From the human T2T-CHM13v2.0 reference genome, Homo sapiens, in the NCBI RefSeq assembly GCF_009914755.1, contig NC_060928.1: a DNA stretch of 64,000 bases; one strand, given 5' to 3'. The position numbers and the translations under genes were made by a program. Within the stretch, counting starts at the first letter, position 1; each line of letters starts with the position of its first letter. Of the stretch, positions 28,998 through 41,245 are shown in pieces. A model generated the notes under the pieces. That model made no database searches. It was given only the letters and a program-made list of their open reading frames with translations, and had not been told where the DNA came from.

Positions 28998-29415
28998 TGT
29001 TCTTTTTCCCTTCCAAATTAATTGTTCACCCTCTTCCACCCTGCTCTCTGCCTCTGGAGGCTGACCTCAATGAATGCCAGCAGACTTTCTTGCCCTCTGG
29101 CTTCTGGTTAGGTTTATTCAATTGGTTAGGGAAGAGATCAGGTCAAGGTGTTCATTTTCTAAGCTCCCTTTCAGCAGGGTTTTCAGTCAGCAGGAAGGCT
29201 GACTCCCTTGATTCAAGGTCACAGTTCCTCCTAGGTGGCCATCTCTACCTGACTTTCTCCTTGTTCTTGGTAGTCATTCCATCCACTTCTCCCCTTGAGA
29301 AGGTAACACCCCCAGGGTATTATATAATGCTTCTGATTTTCCCATAACATTTGAAAACAGCCTCTGCATGAAATCCTCCTTAAATTATCCTAGTTTGCCT
29401 GGCTGGTACAGATAG
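28998..29415 (+). mobile_element. LTR33-like ERVL solo LTR
   Basis: ccaccctgctctctgcctctggaggctgacc...ttgccctctggcttctggttaggttt, characteristic LTR33 motifs. Confidence 0.65.
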
Positions 29416-30318
29416 GAACAATGGTATTCTCGGTGGGACTCAGTGTTTTCCACAGAAGTTAACTGAGATCGGGAATGTTATTGAACAGGATTTCTAGTTC
29501 CTCATCCTCTCTAATTAGACAGTACAACAATCTTTTATGAACTAAACCTCAATTTTGCCTGACAAACCTGGTATTATGGCTCTGTCGATACACAGATCCC
29601 AGAGAATGAATGCTTCAGCTGACATCATTTCAAACTAATACTGGGAGAACATGGGTATTCTGTTCCGGATCATTTCCTGCCCACATCTTTATCCTTGGCA
29701 AATGAGGGATAATTTGACAAACACTAAAGGAGGAATGTCAAACCTATACAATACGTACATTCCTCCATCACTTTTCCCCACTTACCCCTTATTTATATGC
29801 AATTCTGTCTTTTATTGTTTGTAAATCATTTCTTGGACGTCAGTCTCCTCTTCTTAGCCAGATTGTAAGTTTCATGGGGACATAAGCCGCAAACTTATAT
29901 GTCTTTGCAGTTTATACAGCCTGAAAATTTTCTACTCAACTCTCTTCCAGCTTACCTGTCTTTTGCATGTCCAATCTGGTGTCAAGCTCATTTAGTGAGT
30001 TCTTAGTTTTAGTTATTACATTTTCTTCATTTATTTATTCAACAAAAATATTGAGCACCCATTCCATGCTAGGGATTGGGTGGATTGTAGGATATAAAAG
30101 CGAACAAGGACCCTGACTAGTGTTATTAAATAAGGATAATAACTGATTTTAGAAGACTGGTTGCTTTAAAAGGGTCACATGCCCTCATTCATCTTTCATG
30201 AAACCACATCCACCCTCATGGTGGTTGCCAAGGATTTTGGTTGAAAACAATATAAACCAACTTTTGTGTAAGGACTTTGTTGTAGATTACAGACTTAACC
30301 AAAAGTTGGAACACTGGG

Positions 30319-30690
30319 TGATATGGCTTGGATTTGTGTCCCTACCAAAATCTCATGTTGAATTGTAATCCCCAGTGTTGGAGGGGGGCTTGGTTGGAGG
30401 TGACTGGATCATGGGAATGGACTTTCCCCTTGCAGTTGTTGTGATAGTGAGTTTTCACAAGCTCTGGTTGTCTAAAAATGTGTGGCATTTCTCTCTCTTC
30501 CTTCTGCTTTGGCCATGTAAGATGTACCTCCTTCCTTTTTGCCTTCTACCATGATTACAAGTTTCCTGAGGCCTCCCCAGCCATACTTCCTGTATAGCCT
30601 GCAGAATGGTCAGCCAATGAAACCACTTTTCTTTATAAATTACCCAGTCTCAGATATTTCTTTATAGTAGTGTGAGAATGGACTAATACA
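30319..30690 (+). mobile_element. MSTA MaLR solo LTR
   Basis: tgatatggcttggatttgtgtcc...cttcctgtatagcctgcagaa...ggactaataca. Confidence 0.88.
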
Positions 30691-31869
30691 CAGGCAGAAA
30701 ACAGGTAGAGACATAAGGAGTCTACCAGGTGAGAATTTAGTCAGAGCACACAGGGGGTCACAGCACTGAAGATGAACACCTGGTTGTATGACTGACTCTA
30801 ATGTCTCTCTAGAAACTGGACATCAGAAGTCAGTACTTCCCCTGATTCAGGAGGATGTTGTCAACTGTCTCTTCTCCTTGGGTCATACTTAGTCCAGACT
30901 CTAGAATCCCATGGTGATTATCTGTGGAGCTGAGTTTAGGTCCCTACCAGTTGCTAGGGGTCTGGGAGAACAAGGATATTCAGGAATTCTGAGAAGTGGC
31001 ATTCCACTTCAAATTATGACTCACATAGTAGAAGATTTCCCCAATATGGGAAGGGGCCCCAAATGCTTAGTAGCCAAAAAGTGCTCATAACTGTCCACCC
31101 CATTTATAATAAAGTTTGTGGCCAACACATTGGCAATGGTATTATGCACAGGTAAACTACTTTGAAAGTGCTGAATATTTCAGATGCCCTTGAAGCCAGC
31201 ATTTTTGGGATAAATATTAATGACTTCTTTAGGAATGGAACTATTCAGAGCAAGATTTTCAGTTCACCCAAATATTTGTAAGGACAGAACAGAGCACAAT
31301 GAATTCATTCATTTACTTCTGTAAATATGTATTGACCACATGTTAAATGCAAGGAGGTCAAGAGTAGAAAAGACATAGCTGCCCCACCCCCCACCATTCC
31401 AGCATCAGCTTCTAGCCTAGTTTTGGGAACTGTGAAATTACAAGGATTTCACTTTACTAAAATTTAACCCAGAACATTCTCTCTCTCTCTTGCTCTTTCT
31501 CTCTGTCACTCTGTGTTATTATACTTAGTGTTTCTCTTGTGGAGAAACTAGTATTAGTTTTCTAGTTTACTCGGTAACTAGTAAAATGAAGAAAATGACC
31601 CAGTGTCAGAAAATTTACTACCCAAAATAAAAATTTTGGGTAAAAAACATCAAAGAAACCCAAAAGTGAATGCTGGCAACAAAGATAATGATATAAAAGA
31701 GAAAATACATCTATAAAGCAAAAAATTGGAAAGATTTTTGCTTTTCTTTTTCCCCTATATTCACCATCCACTGGATGGCAGCTCTAAGGTAACACCATGA
31801 GAATGTGGCCATTGCAGCTGCTGAGATAGAGCAGCTAATCTGTCCTGTGCAACTGACTAGGCTCTTCAT

Positions 31870-32060
31870 GATTTCACTTGGACTTTACAACAATCCTATG
31901 AAGTAGTAGATATTATTATCCTGACTTTCTAATTAACAAACTGATTCTTCAAGAGGATAAGTACCTAATGTAGTCACACAGTTAGTAAATAACAGAGCAA
32001 GGAGTCAAAATCATCTTTACCTGACTCTAAAGCTGAGCTCTTAATGATGGCTCTATACAT
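31870..32060 (-). mobile_element. MIR
   Basis: acaacaatcctatgaagtag...attattatcc...gtcacacagttagtaaataacagagc...ctgactctaaagc. Confidence 0.7.
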
Positions 32061-33259
32061 CTTCTCATTGAAAAGCCAAGGTCTGTGGCATATACATGTC
32101 TGGAAGATGTTTGTTGGACTTGAAACAGACATCTTCTCTGCAGGTGGCCCTGGGATCTGGTTTGATAGGAGGTGGTGGTTGGGACATTTTATTTTTGAAT
32201 TTGCACTTGTAAGCTTGTTATTTGAAAGAATGTCGATGATGCCATTTTTAGCCATTCAACTGGTTACCGAGCATGTGCCAATGAGGCGTTTTGTTGTAGT
32301 GTGTCCTGACTGCTGTCTTATATGTCTTTATGTAACTACATGATCATGGTGAAGACACAGCCTAGAGATTTCTGTGACTGCCTGCATCTGACTATAGTGT
32401 GTACAAGGTAAACTCTAAGGAAATGGCCTCTTGGTTCTTTCTGTGTAAGATTTCTTTTGCTATGGAGTCACAATCTCCAGTCTTTTATCTTATCAATATT
32501 ACTGCTTCATTTGCAAGTATCTTAAAAATAAAAGAAAGGCTGCTTCTTGGACTTGACTTTATAGAACACCGCACGTGCCAAAGCCATTCCAAATCTTACC
32601 TCATTTTGAAATGCCTTTGTGGCTGGTTTTATTTTTCCTTCCTTTCCCTTATTTTAGATCATTTATAACACATTTTATAGGTCGGCGTCAAACAGCAAGG
32701 CTTCAACAGTGTGGGGACTATTGCTGGAAGTCATGCCAGAACACACAACTGTAATCCACTAAGTTAATGGAAATGCAACATTATGGCTGAGATTTTACGT
32801 GTGTGGAAATCATGAAAACTCACAAACCCAATTCGCGCAACACAAAGAGAAAAGAGAACTGCCCTCTTTTCTATAAGCAGCTGGCCCGCACGCGGTTAAA
32901 GACTCCATTTGCGGGGTAGGAGACCCTTGGTAGTTCACATTTCAATAAATCATAAACATTTACATGCATATTAAACACCAAAGGGCTTGCAACCATTTTG
33001 CTATTACCTAGATCTATTGAATTTTCATTGATGCCATCAAAAACCAAAGTGCAAGACAAAAAGCTGTTTTATTAAAAACTTTACATTTGATCAGATCAAC
33101 ATCTCCAATGTCCCCAGGAGAGCAGCAACATAGAAAATAAGGTTTTGTAGTCCCATTTGAGCTCACTGGATGCTCCGTTTTACAACCGCAGCTTTCATCC
33201 CGATACAAACCTCACATCTTTTTGCTAAGCAGAGTTAGCAGGGAAAAAAAACTGTAAAG

Positions 33260-33428
33260 CAATGGTTCTCAACCTTGGCTGCACTGGAATCATCTGGAAA
33301 GTTTTATGAATCCCGATGCTTAGGCTGCACCCAGACCAATTACAGCAGAATCCTTGAGGGTGGGACCAGGGCATTCATATTTTCCTAAAACTTCCCATGT
33401 GAACATGAACCCATGCTGAGGCACCTTG
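33260..33428. mobile_element. MER5B-like hAT fragment
   Basis: caatggttctcaaccttggctgcac...cccagaccaattacagcagaatc. Confidence 0.7.
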
Positions 33429-33789
33429 CCCTTGGTAGTATTTCTTTTTTCCTTTTCCATGCCTCCTTTGTTCTTCATTGGGTTCCCCCACTTGCAGATC
33501 TGTCTGGGAAATTCCCCGAACTCCAAAATAATTTTTTACCCCACAAAAACTATTTCACAATAACACGAAAGCTTAATGTTTGCTTTAAAGGAAAATGATC
33601 TCCAAGGAGGGAAAATGTTTTAAATGGAACACCTGATTTCCAATACCATCACAGGGCCAATATCAGAGAGGTTGTGATGTGGATTTTTTCTCTCTCTTCA
33701 ACCTCAAGGCACTTCATGAAAGAAATGGTCTGTTCTGACTATTTCAAGAAAACTCGGTTGCTGTGGATATACATGCGGTATGAATAAGA

Positions 33790-33940
33790 GCAGCATTTTA
33801 AAATATGTGGGCCATGGGCCATTGCATCAGTCACCTGGGCTCCAACTCCAGACACCTGAATGTCTCAAATAGGGGCCTGGTTATTTGCATTCTAATAAGC
33901 TCCCCAGTGATGCTTATGCAAGCACATTTTGAAAAGTCTG
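33790..33940. mobile_element. MER5A-like hAT fragment
   Basis: gcatcagtcacctggg...atttgcattctaataagctccccagtgatgct. Confidence 0.6.
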
Positions 33941-33989
33941 GAACCAGCATGTTAACTCTCTGACAGCAGTGCCTTCTGTATAGTATCAG

Positions 33990-34366
33990 TGATATGGTCT
34001 GCCTGTGTCCCCACTCAAATTGCATCTTGAACTGTAGTTCCCATAATCCCCATGTGTCATGGGAGGGACCCAGTGGGAGGTAATTGGATCATAGGGGTTT
34101 TTACCTCCATGCTGTTCTTATGACCGTGAGTGAATTCCTACAAGATCTGATGGTTTTATAAGGGGCTTTCCCTCCCACCTTTCACTCTGCACTTCTCCTT
34201 CCTGCCATCATGTGAAGAAGGATGTATTTGCTTCCCCTTCTGCCATATTGTAAATTTCCTAAGGTTTCCCTAGCCATGCTGTACTGAGTCAATTCAACCT
34301 CTTTCCTTTATAAATTACCCAGTATCAGGTATGTTTTTATTAGCAGTGTGAGAACAGACTAATGCA
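33990..34366 (+). mobile_element. THE1C-like MaLR solo LTR
   Basis: tgatatggtctg...gggagggacccagtgggaggtaattg...cagactaatgca; TSD atcag/atcat. Confidence 0.88.
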
Positions 34367-34629
34367 ATCATTTCATACAAAATATAAGACAATTAAAGTG
34401 GAAGAAATATTGAGTCCTATGCTAATACAATTAATAGGTGGGAATGAATTTTTATAAAGAGTTAAAATACAACAGAAATATCTGTTGTCCATGAAGCTGT
34501 TGGGTTTCACTGATGATAAACGTATTTGACTGTGTGTTTTGGTGGATAAATAAAAGGGTCTTCGAGGGGATTTGCATCATCAAATTCCATGCACTAAAAT
34601 TTCATGCTTCTATGTCAAAATCTATGTTT

Positions 34630-34945
34630 GGCCAGGCATGATGGCTCACACCTGTAATTTCAGTGCCCTGGGAGGCCAAGATGAGAGGATCACTTGAGTA
34701 CAAGAATTTGAGACCAGCCTGGGTAACACAGTTAAACCTCATCTCTACAAAAAATTAACAAAATTAGCCAGGCACAGTGGCACATGCCTGTAGACCCAGC
34801 TATTCAGGAGGCTGAGGGAGGAGGATTGCTGAAGTCCAGCAGCTTGAGATTGCAGTGAGCTGTGATCCTATGACTATGCCACTGCACACCAGCCTGGGTG
34901 ACAGTAAGAAACTCTGTCTCAAAAAAAAAAAAAAAAAAAAAAAAA
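34630..34945 (+). mobile_element. AluJ
   Basis: Dimer with ggaggattgct/gtgagctgtgat J features; A tail; TSD aatctatgttt/aatctgtgttt. Confidence 0.9.
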
Positions 34946-34959
34946 GAATCTGTGTTTTG

Positions 34960-35110
34960 ATACAGCCTTGGCTACTCTCTGTGTGACCTTGGACAAATTA
35001 CCCAATCCCTCAATTATCATTGTCAGATGGGGGCCCCAGTGCCTCACAGACTATGTAAAAATGTAATGAGATGATTTATGTGCTTTATAATCTGTAATGC
35101 ACTACACAAG
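34960..35110 (+). mobile_element. MIR fragment
   Basis: ctgtgtgaccttggacaaattac...cctcacag...taatgagatgat. Confidence 0.6.
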
Positions 35111-36333
35111 TAGTGGCTACGCCTGAAGCTCCCATTGTCCAGACCCACATCATCATGCTGCACAGAGCTCAAGAAAGGTCTAGTCTTAATGAGGGGACAC
35201 ATCAATCAGTTTAGTGGCTGGGCTGGGACAGCAACCCAGGACTACTGGCTGTATCCAGTTTTTTTCCACTCCCCCCCAACATCTAAATTGAAATGTTTGA
35301 CTCAAATTTGTATCATATTGAGCAAGGAACTCAGAGCAATGATTTGAATTCCTTGTGTGACAGAGAAAAGTAAAATTTAAGTATTTTCAATCCTTCCTTT
35401 CTCATGTCTTCTAAAGAGAAGGGACACTTTTTCAAGTTAGGTACCTGAAGTTTGTTCTGCTAAAGAAAGAGGTAATAGGTAGAGAGAGTGGGAAGCGCTG
35501 AGAAGGCCAAACTGTGCTACAGGAGAAAAGGCTAAGAGCAAAAACCAAGATGAGAGGTAAGAGGAACTAAGCAGAAGAGGGCAAGGAGGATGAGGAGATA
35601 GGAGAAGCAGGTGGAGACGGGGGAAGGCAGTGGGCACTGCCTCAAGGAGTGGAATTCCTGGAGGGAAAGAGATGTTCAGGGAGGGTTTTTAGGAAACTTC
35701 GCTTTCCAAAGATGCACAACACAGTCTCTTTCTTCTCTCTGCAAGGCACCTTCAGGGATGACCTGCATTGCCTTTAAGTGCTTTTAGTGTCCAATTTGGG
35801 TTTACTTGTATGTTTGTTTCTCAGAATGCATTGGCGTATTGAGTTTGGCATAAGAAAAGAGTAAAAGTTTAAGATAGTTACATCTATTTAGGTAAATGTT
35901 TTATCACCATTTTTCTCTTTGAGGTTTAAAAAAAATTACCGAAGGTAAATGAACCACCATTCAAAACAAAATACACATAAATTCGCACACAGTAAAGGCT
36001 TATTAAGTGGGTCAGGCCTTGTCTTTACTTCTGGATTTCCCCCCTCCCCCGCAGGATAAGGAGACAACCCTAGGCTAGGCCCGCAGAGCAAACGGAGTTT
36101 TGCAATTCCTTTGTCTGTTAAATCTGTGGTTCCAGCATGAGGCATTCTGAGACTTTCCGTGCTCATCCAGTGTCACAATTTTCTATAACTGTTCCCATCT
36201 CACTGCCTTTCTGCCTCATGACCATCTATATCCTGATTGTTTTGCATCACTGCTGTGGTTTGAAAACTGGTGTCCCCTCCAAAATTTATATTGAAACTTA
36301 ATTCCCACTGTGGCAGTATTAAGAGGTAGGGCC

Positions 36334-36740
36334 TGTATTAATCTATTATCACACTGCTATAAAGAACTGGTGGAGACTGAGTGATTTATAAAGAAAAGAG
36401 GTTTAATTGACTCACAGTTCCACAGGCTGAGGCATGGCTGGGGAAGCCTTAGGAAACTTACAATCATAGCAGAAGGGCGGAGGGGAAGCAAGCACATCTT
36501 CCCATGGCAGCAGGAGAGAGGGAGAGAGAGAAAGAGAAGAAGAAGGAGAAGGAGGAGGAGGAGGAGGAGCTACACACTTTCAAACAACCAGATCTCATGA
36601 GAACTCACTCACTATCATGAGAACAGCAAGGAGGATATCCGCCCCCATGATCCAATCACCTCTACCAGGTCCCTCCCTCAACATTAAGGATTACAATTCA
36701 ACATGAGATTTGTATGGGGACACAGAGCCAAGCCATATCA
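36334..36740 (-). mobile_element. MSTA solo LTR nested in the MLT1A 5'LTR
   Basis: tgtatta...gccatatca termini; perfect 5-bp TSD gggcc at 36329-36333 and 36741-36745. Confidence 0.9.
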
Positions 36741-38077
36741 GGGCCTTTTGGGAAGTGACTAAGTTGTGAGGGCTCTTGCCTCATGAATGGATTAATGCCC
36801 TTATAGAAGAGGCTTCAGAGAGAATGTGCCCTTTCATGGCCCTCTGCCTTCTGCCATGTAGGGATGCAACAAGATGGCCCTCACCATATATCAAATGCTG
36901 ACACCTTGATCCTGAACTTCCCAGCCTCCAGGACTGTGAGAAATAAATTTCTCTTTATAAATTACCTAGTTTGAAGTATTTTGTCATAGCAGCACAAATG
37001 AACTAAGACAGAAATTGGTACCAAAGAGGTGGAGTGTTGCTTTAATACCTGAAAATGCAGAAGCACTTTTGGAACTCGGTAATGGGTAGAGGCTAGAATG
37101 GTTTTGAAATAAATGCCAGAAAAAAACCTATATTACCACTAATAGAGCATTAAGGGCAATTCTGGTGAGGGCTCAGAAGAAGAGAGCTGTGGAGAGAGCC
37201 TAAATCTTGGAGATTATTTAAGATGTGAACAGAAATATTGGTAGAAATGTAGACAGTGAAAGCCATTTTGATGAAGTCTTAGACAAAAATGAGGAATATA
37301 TTATTGAAAGCTGGAGGGAAGGCCATCCTTGTTACAAAGTGACGAAGAACTCGGTTAAATTGTGTCCATGTCCTACTGTTTTATGAAATGCAGAATTTGA
37401 GAGCTATGAACTAGGATATTTGACAGAAGTAATCTCTAAGCAGAGTGTTCAGGGCACTGCATGACTTCTCTTAACTGCTTGTAGTAAAATGTGAGAAGAG
37501 AAAAACAAGTTCAAGATGGAATTTATAATCAAAAGGAAAAGTGAACGTAAACATTCTGGAAAATTCCCAGCTTGGCCATGTAAAGAATAAAAAATTGCTT
37601 AGAAGAGAAAACCAAGGGTGTGGCCAAGTGACCTTTTGATGAGGAGATTAGTGTGGCTAGAAGGAAGCCAGATGCTATTCATTAAGAAAATTGGAGAATA
37701 ACCCCAAAGGCATTTCAGAGATAATCAATGCTGCTACTCTCATCGCAGGCCTACAGCACTAGGACCACCTTAAAGACAGGACCCTTTCAAGGGAGGAAGG
37801 GACCCAGGGCTTCCTCACGTCTCTTCTTCCTGCATTCCAGTGCAGCACTCCTCTCTCCACTTCCCCCACCCTGTCACCGCACTGCTGGGGCTCCGGTGAG
37901 CTGAGGTGCAGCACAGGCTGTCCCCCGGAGGGCACATCTGCAAACCTTGGCAGTGTCCACATGGTGCTAACTCTGCAGGTGCTCAGAGTGCATGAGCTGT
38001 GCAGGCATGGCTACCTCTACCTGGATTTCATAGGATGCTTCAGAGAGTCGCAGGGCCCTGGCAAAGAATTGCCACAG

Positions 38078-38630
38078 GGTCAGAGGCATGTGAACCAGGG
38101 CAACTCCATTCTTGAATAGGAGCTGGGTAAAATGAGGCTGAGACCTACTGGGCTGCATTCCCAAATGGTTAAGGCATTCTAAGTCACAGAATGAGATAGG
38201 AGGTCATCACATGATACAGGTCATAAAGACCTTGCTGATAATACAGGTTGCAGTAAAGAAGCTGGCTAAAACTCACCAAAACCAAGATGGCTATGACAGT
38301 GACCTCTGGTCGTCCTCACTGCTACACTTCCACCAGTGCCATGACAGTTTACAAATGCCATGGCAATGTCAGGAAGTGACTCTATATGGTCTAAAAAGGG
38401 GAGACATGAATAACCCACCCTTTGTTTAGCATATCATCAAGAAATAACCATAAAAATGGGCAACTAGCAGCCCTCGGGGCTGCTCTGTCTATGGAGTGTC
38501 CATTCTTTTATTCTTTTACTTTCTTAATAAACTTGCTTTCACTTTACTGTATGGACTCTCCCTGAATTATTTCTTGTGTGAGATCAAAGAACCCTCTCTG
38601 GGTCTGGATCCGAACCCCTTTCCTGCAACA
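38078..38630 (+). mobile_element. MER41A ERV1 solo LTR nested in the MaLR internal region
   Basis: gtcagaggcatgtgaaccag...gagacctactgggctgcattccc...cccctttcctgcaaca; 553 bp; 4-bp TSD acag. Confidence 0.9.
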
Positions 38631-41127
38631 ACAGGGGTAGGGACACTGCAGCGAACCCTCAAAAGGGCAATGCCTCATGGAATTGTATGGGGCAGGGCTA
38701 CTCCTGAGATGCTAGATCTGTAAAGCAACCATCATGCAACTCCCCACCCTGGGGAGAGCCACAGACACTCAACGCCAGCACATGAGAGCTGCAGTATGGG
38801 CTGTGCCCAGTAACACCATGCAGGTGGAGTCCCTGAAGCCTGGGGGACCCAAACTTCACCCTAGTGTGTCTGGAAGGTGCAATCTGGAGTCAATAAAGAT
38901 TGTTCTCAAGCTTCAAAGTTTAATGTTGTGTGCCTTGTTGGATTTTGGACTTACTTGGGAAGCTATTACTCCTCTCTTTTTGCGTATTTCTCCCTTTTGG
39001 AATGGGAATGTCTATCCTATGCCTATCCCATCATTGTATTTTGGAAGCACATATTGTTTGATTTCACAGGCTCACAGCTGGAGAGTAATTTGCTTCAGGA
39101 TGAAGAGTACCTTGAATCTCACCCATATCTGATTTAGATGAGGTTCTAGAGTTTAGACATTTGAGTTGATACTGGAAACAGTTAAGACTTTGGGGGCAAT
39201 TTGAATGGAATGAATGTACTTTGTAGGTAACAAGGTTATGGATTTCTGGGGGGCCAGGGGTGGAATGCCATGGTTCAAATGATGATGTCACCTCCAAAAT
39301 TTATGTTCAACCTTAGTCCCCATTGTGATGCTATTTAGAGGTAGGGCCTTGGGGAAGTAATTAAATAATAAAGACTCCACTCTCATGAATGGATTAATGC
39401 CTTTATAAAAGAGGCTTTGGAGAGAATGTGCCCTTTTCCTGCCCTTTGTCTTTTGCCATGTGAGTGAGGATGCTGCAAGAGGGCCCTCACCAGACACAAA
39501 ATGTCAGCACCTTGATCATGGCCTCCTCTGACTCCAGAAATGCAAAAAATTAATTTCTATTCTTTATAAATTACCCAGTCTCAGGATTTTGTGATAGCAG
39601 CAAAAGCAACCTACGGCAATCATAGTCCATTTTTAATCCGTATCATACTAGTTTTCATCTGTACCCAGTCTCTTTGGTTTCCGATCCTTGGCCCAGTTTT
39701 CCATTTATAATATGTAGTTTGTACTAGTTTCTCAAACTCATTTCCTCACCTTCATCCCAAGGACTAACTTCTGGCTTTCACCGTTCTCTGTGGCTCCTGT
39801 GCACCTCTTTGACTTCCTTGCTCTCAAACCTCTCTGGCAACACCTTCTGCCATTCCAACTCCCCACCAGGCCTTATTTCCAAGACCAAGACCCAGAAGTT
39901 AGCTAACAGCTCTTGTTAACCTCACTCCTACCCCAAAAGCACCAAGGAAAAGGTCAATGTCCCTTTGAAAACAAGGCTACAGGGTATTGTATTCCCTATC
40001 CATACTTTAATATCTCAAGGACTAGACTCGCGTGTTAAATGTAGGCATCTACACACCTGACTGGCATAACCATATCTGTTGTAGTTCTGAGGCAGTAATG
40101 AGTAAACACACACACCCCAGAAAACTACTCCTGCGCCTCCACACTTACGTATGTGTGTGTGTTCATGCTAGTGCGTGACTCTATCTAGACCTCTACATTT
40201 GGTGTTTATTAATTTTTAAGATATTTTAATTAGAAAACAACACATGTGTTCTACGCTATTTTCATTTGTTGATAAATTCTTTAATTCTTAACCAATTCTA
40301 TTCAAGCTTAGCAAAGAAGAACAAAGATACATTCTGTATTCTTAAAACCCCATCTGTTTTCTCATGTATCAAAATAGAAGAGAATAAGAAGAGGAAAACC
40401 TCACCTGGACTATGCCGTTTTTCCCATGAGATGATCTTGGAGGTCACATTCTTTTCACCATTATTTCCAAGTTGCCCTCTGAGGGCAGAAGCATAATGCA
40501 GTTGAGCTCCAAAGCTAATTTGAGCAAAACTATTTATAGTCTGAATAAAATATTTTTATAGACTTAAGTAGCATTAAAATCAACAGCAAAACAGCTGTAT
40601 TTTTGTGAGAAATAAGAAGTGAGTCTACAGAACTGTATCGTGGATGCTCTTTACTACCTTTTAAAATTAGCACATTTTCACCATTAGCACTACTACATTC
40701 TTTCTTAGACGACCAGCCCCACATTTCAGCTCTGCCTCTTCACTAGGGAGCACATGAGGGGGATGCCAAAGAGAGATAATTGCAAAAACATGGCGCTTTA
40801 TGCTTCAGTTGCCAGCTTTTCCCACCCCAAATAATACACTGGAATCTCAAGTCATGTGTAATTCTTTCTGAAGAAAGCATAGAACTATTTTGAAGGAAAA
40901 TGCATAAAGAAAAAGTGATTTGTTTGAAGGGAGAAAAATGCTACTTTTTCCCGTTGTCAGGATTATCAAACTGTTTGTTTTTAACTGCTTTTATCCCCGT
41001 ATGAGATAAAGAGAAGTCAAAATGAATTCATTAAAGTCACGTGAGCTTATTTTTCAGGAGATGGGTATTAATATTTTATTTTAGAGTCTCTGTCATTCAA
41101 TCTGACAGGTGTGGCCAGGCAGGGTTG

Positions 41128-41245
41128 CTGAAACCAACTCATCCCCACTCTGGTCTCATTTCCTCTCCTTGGATAACAGTCACAGACTGAAACCAACTCA
41201 TCCCCACTCTGGTCTCATTTCCTCTCCTTGGATAACAGTCACAGA
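41128..41245. repeat. Perfect 59-bp tandem duplication
   Basis: 41128-41186 is identical to 41187-41245. Confidence 0.95.

Larger units (their letters stand above)
36251..39618 (+). mobile_element. Two-LTR MLT1A-type MaLR element (5'LTR 36251-37010, internal 37011-39265, 3'LTR 39266-39618)
   Basis: Homologous LTRs; internal region starts gaaattggtacc; purine tract gggggccaggggtggaa precedes the 3'LTR; TSD atcac/atcat. Confidence 0.85.

Noticed and set aside
38078-38630. MER41 as an interferon-gamma (STAT1) enhancer
   Set aside because: This is the short MER41A form; I see no tandem TTCnnnGAA sites as in MER41B.
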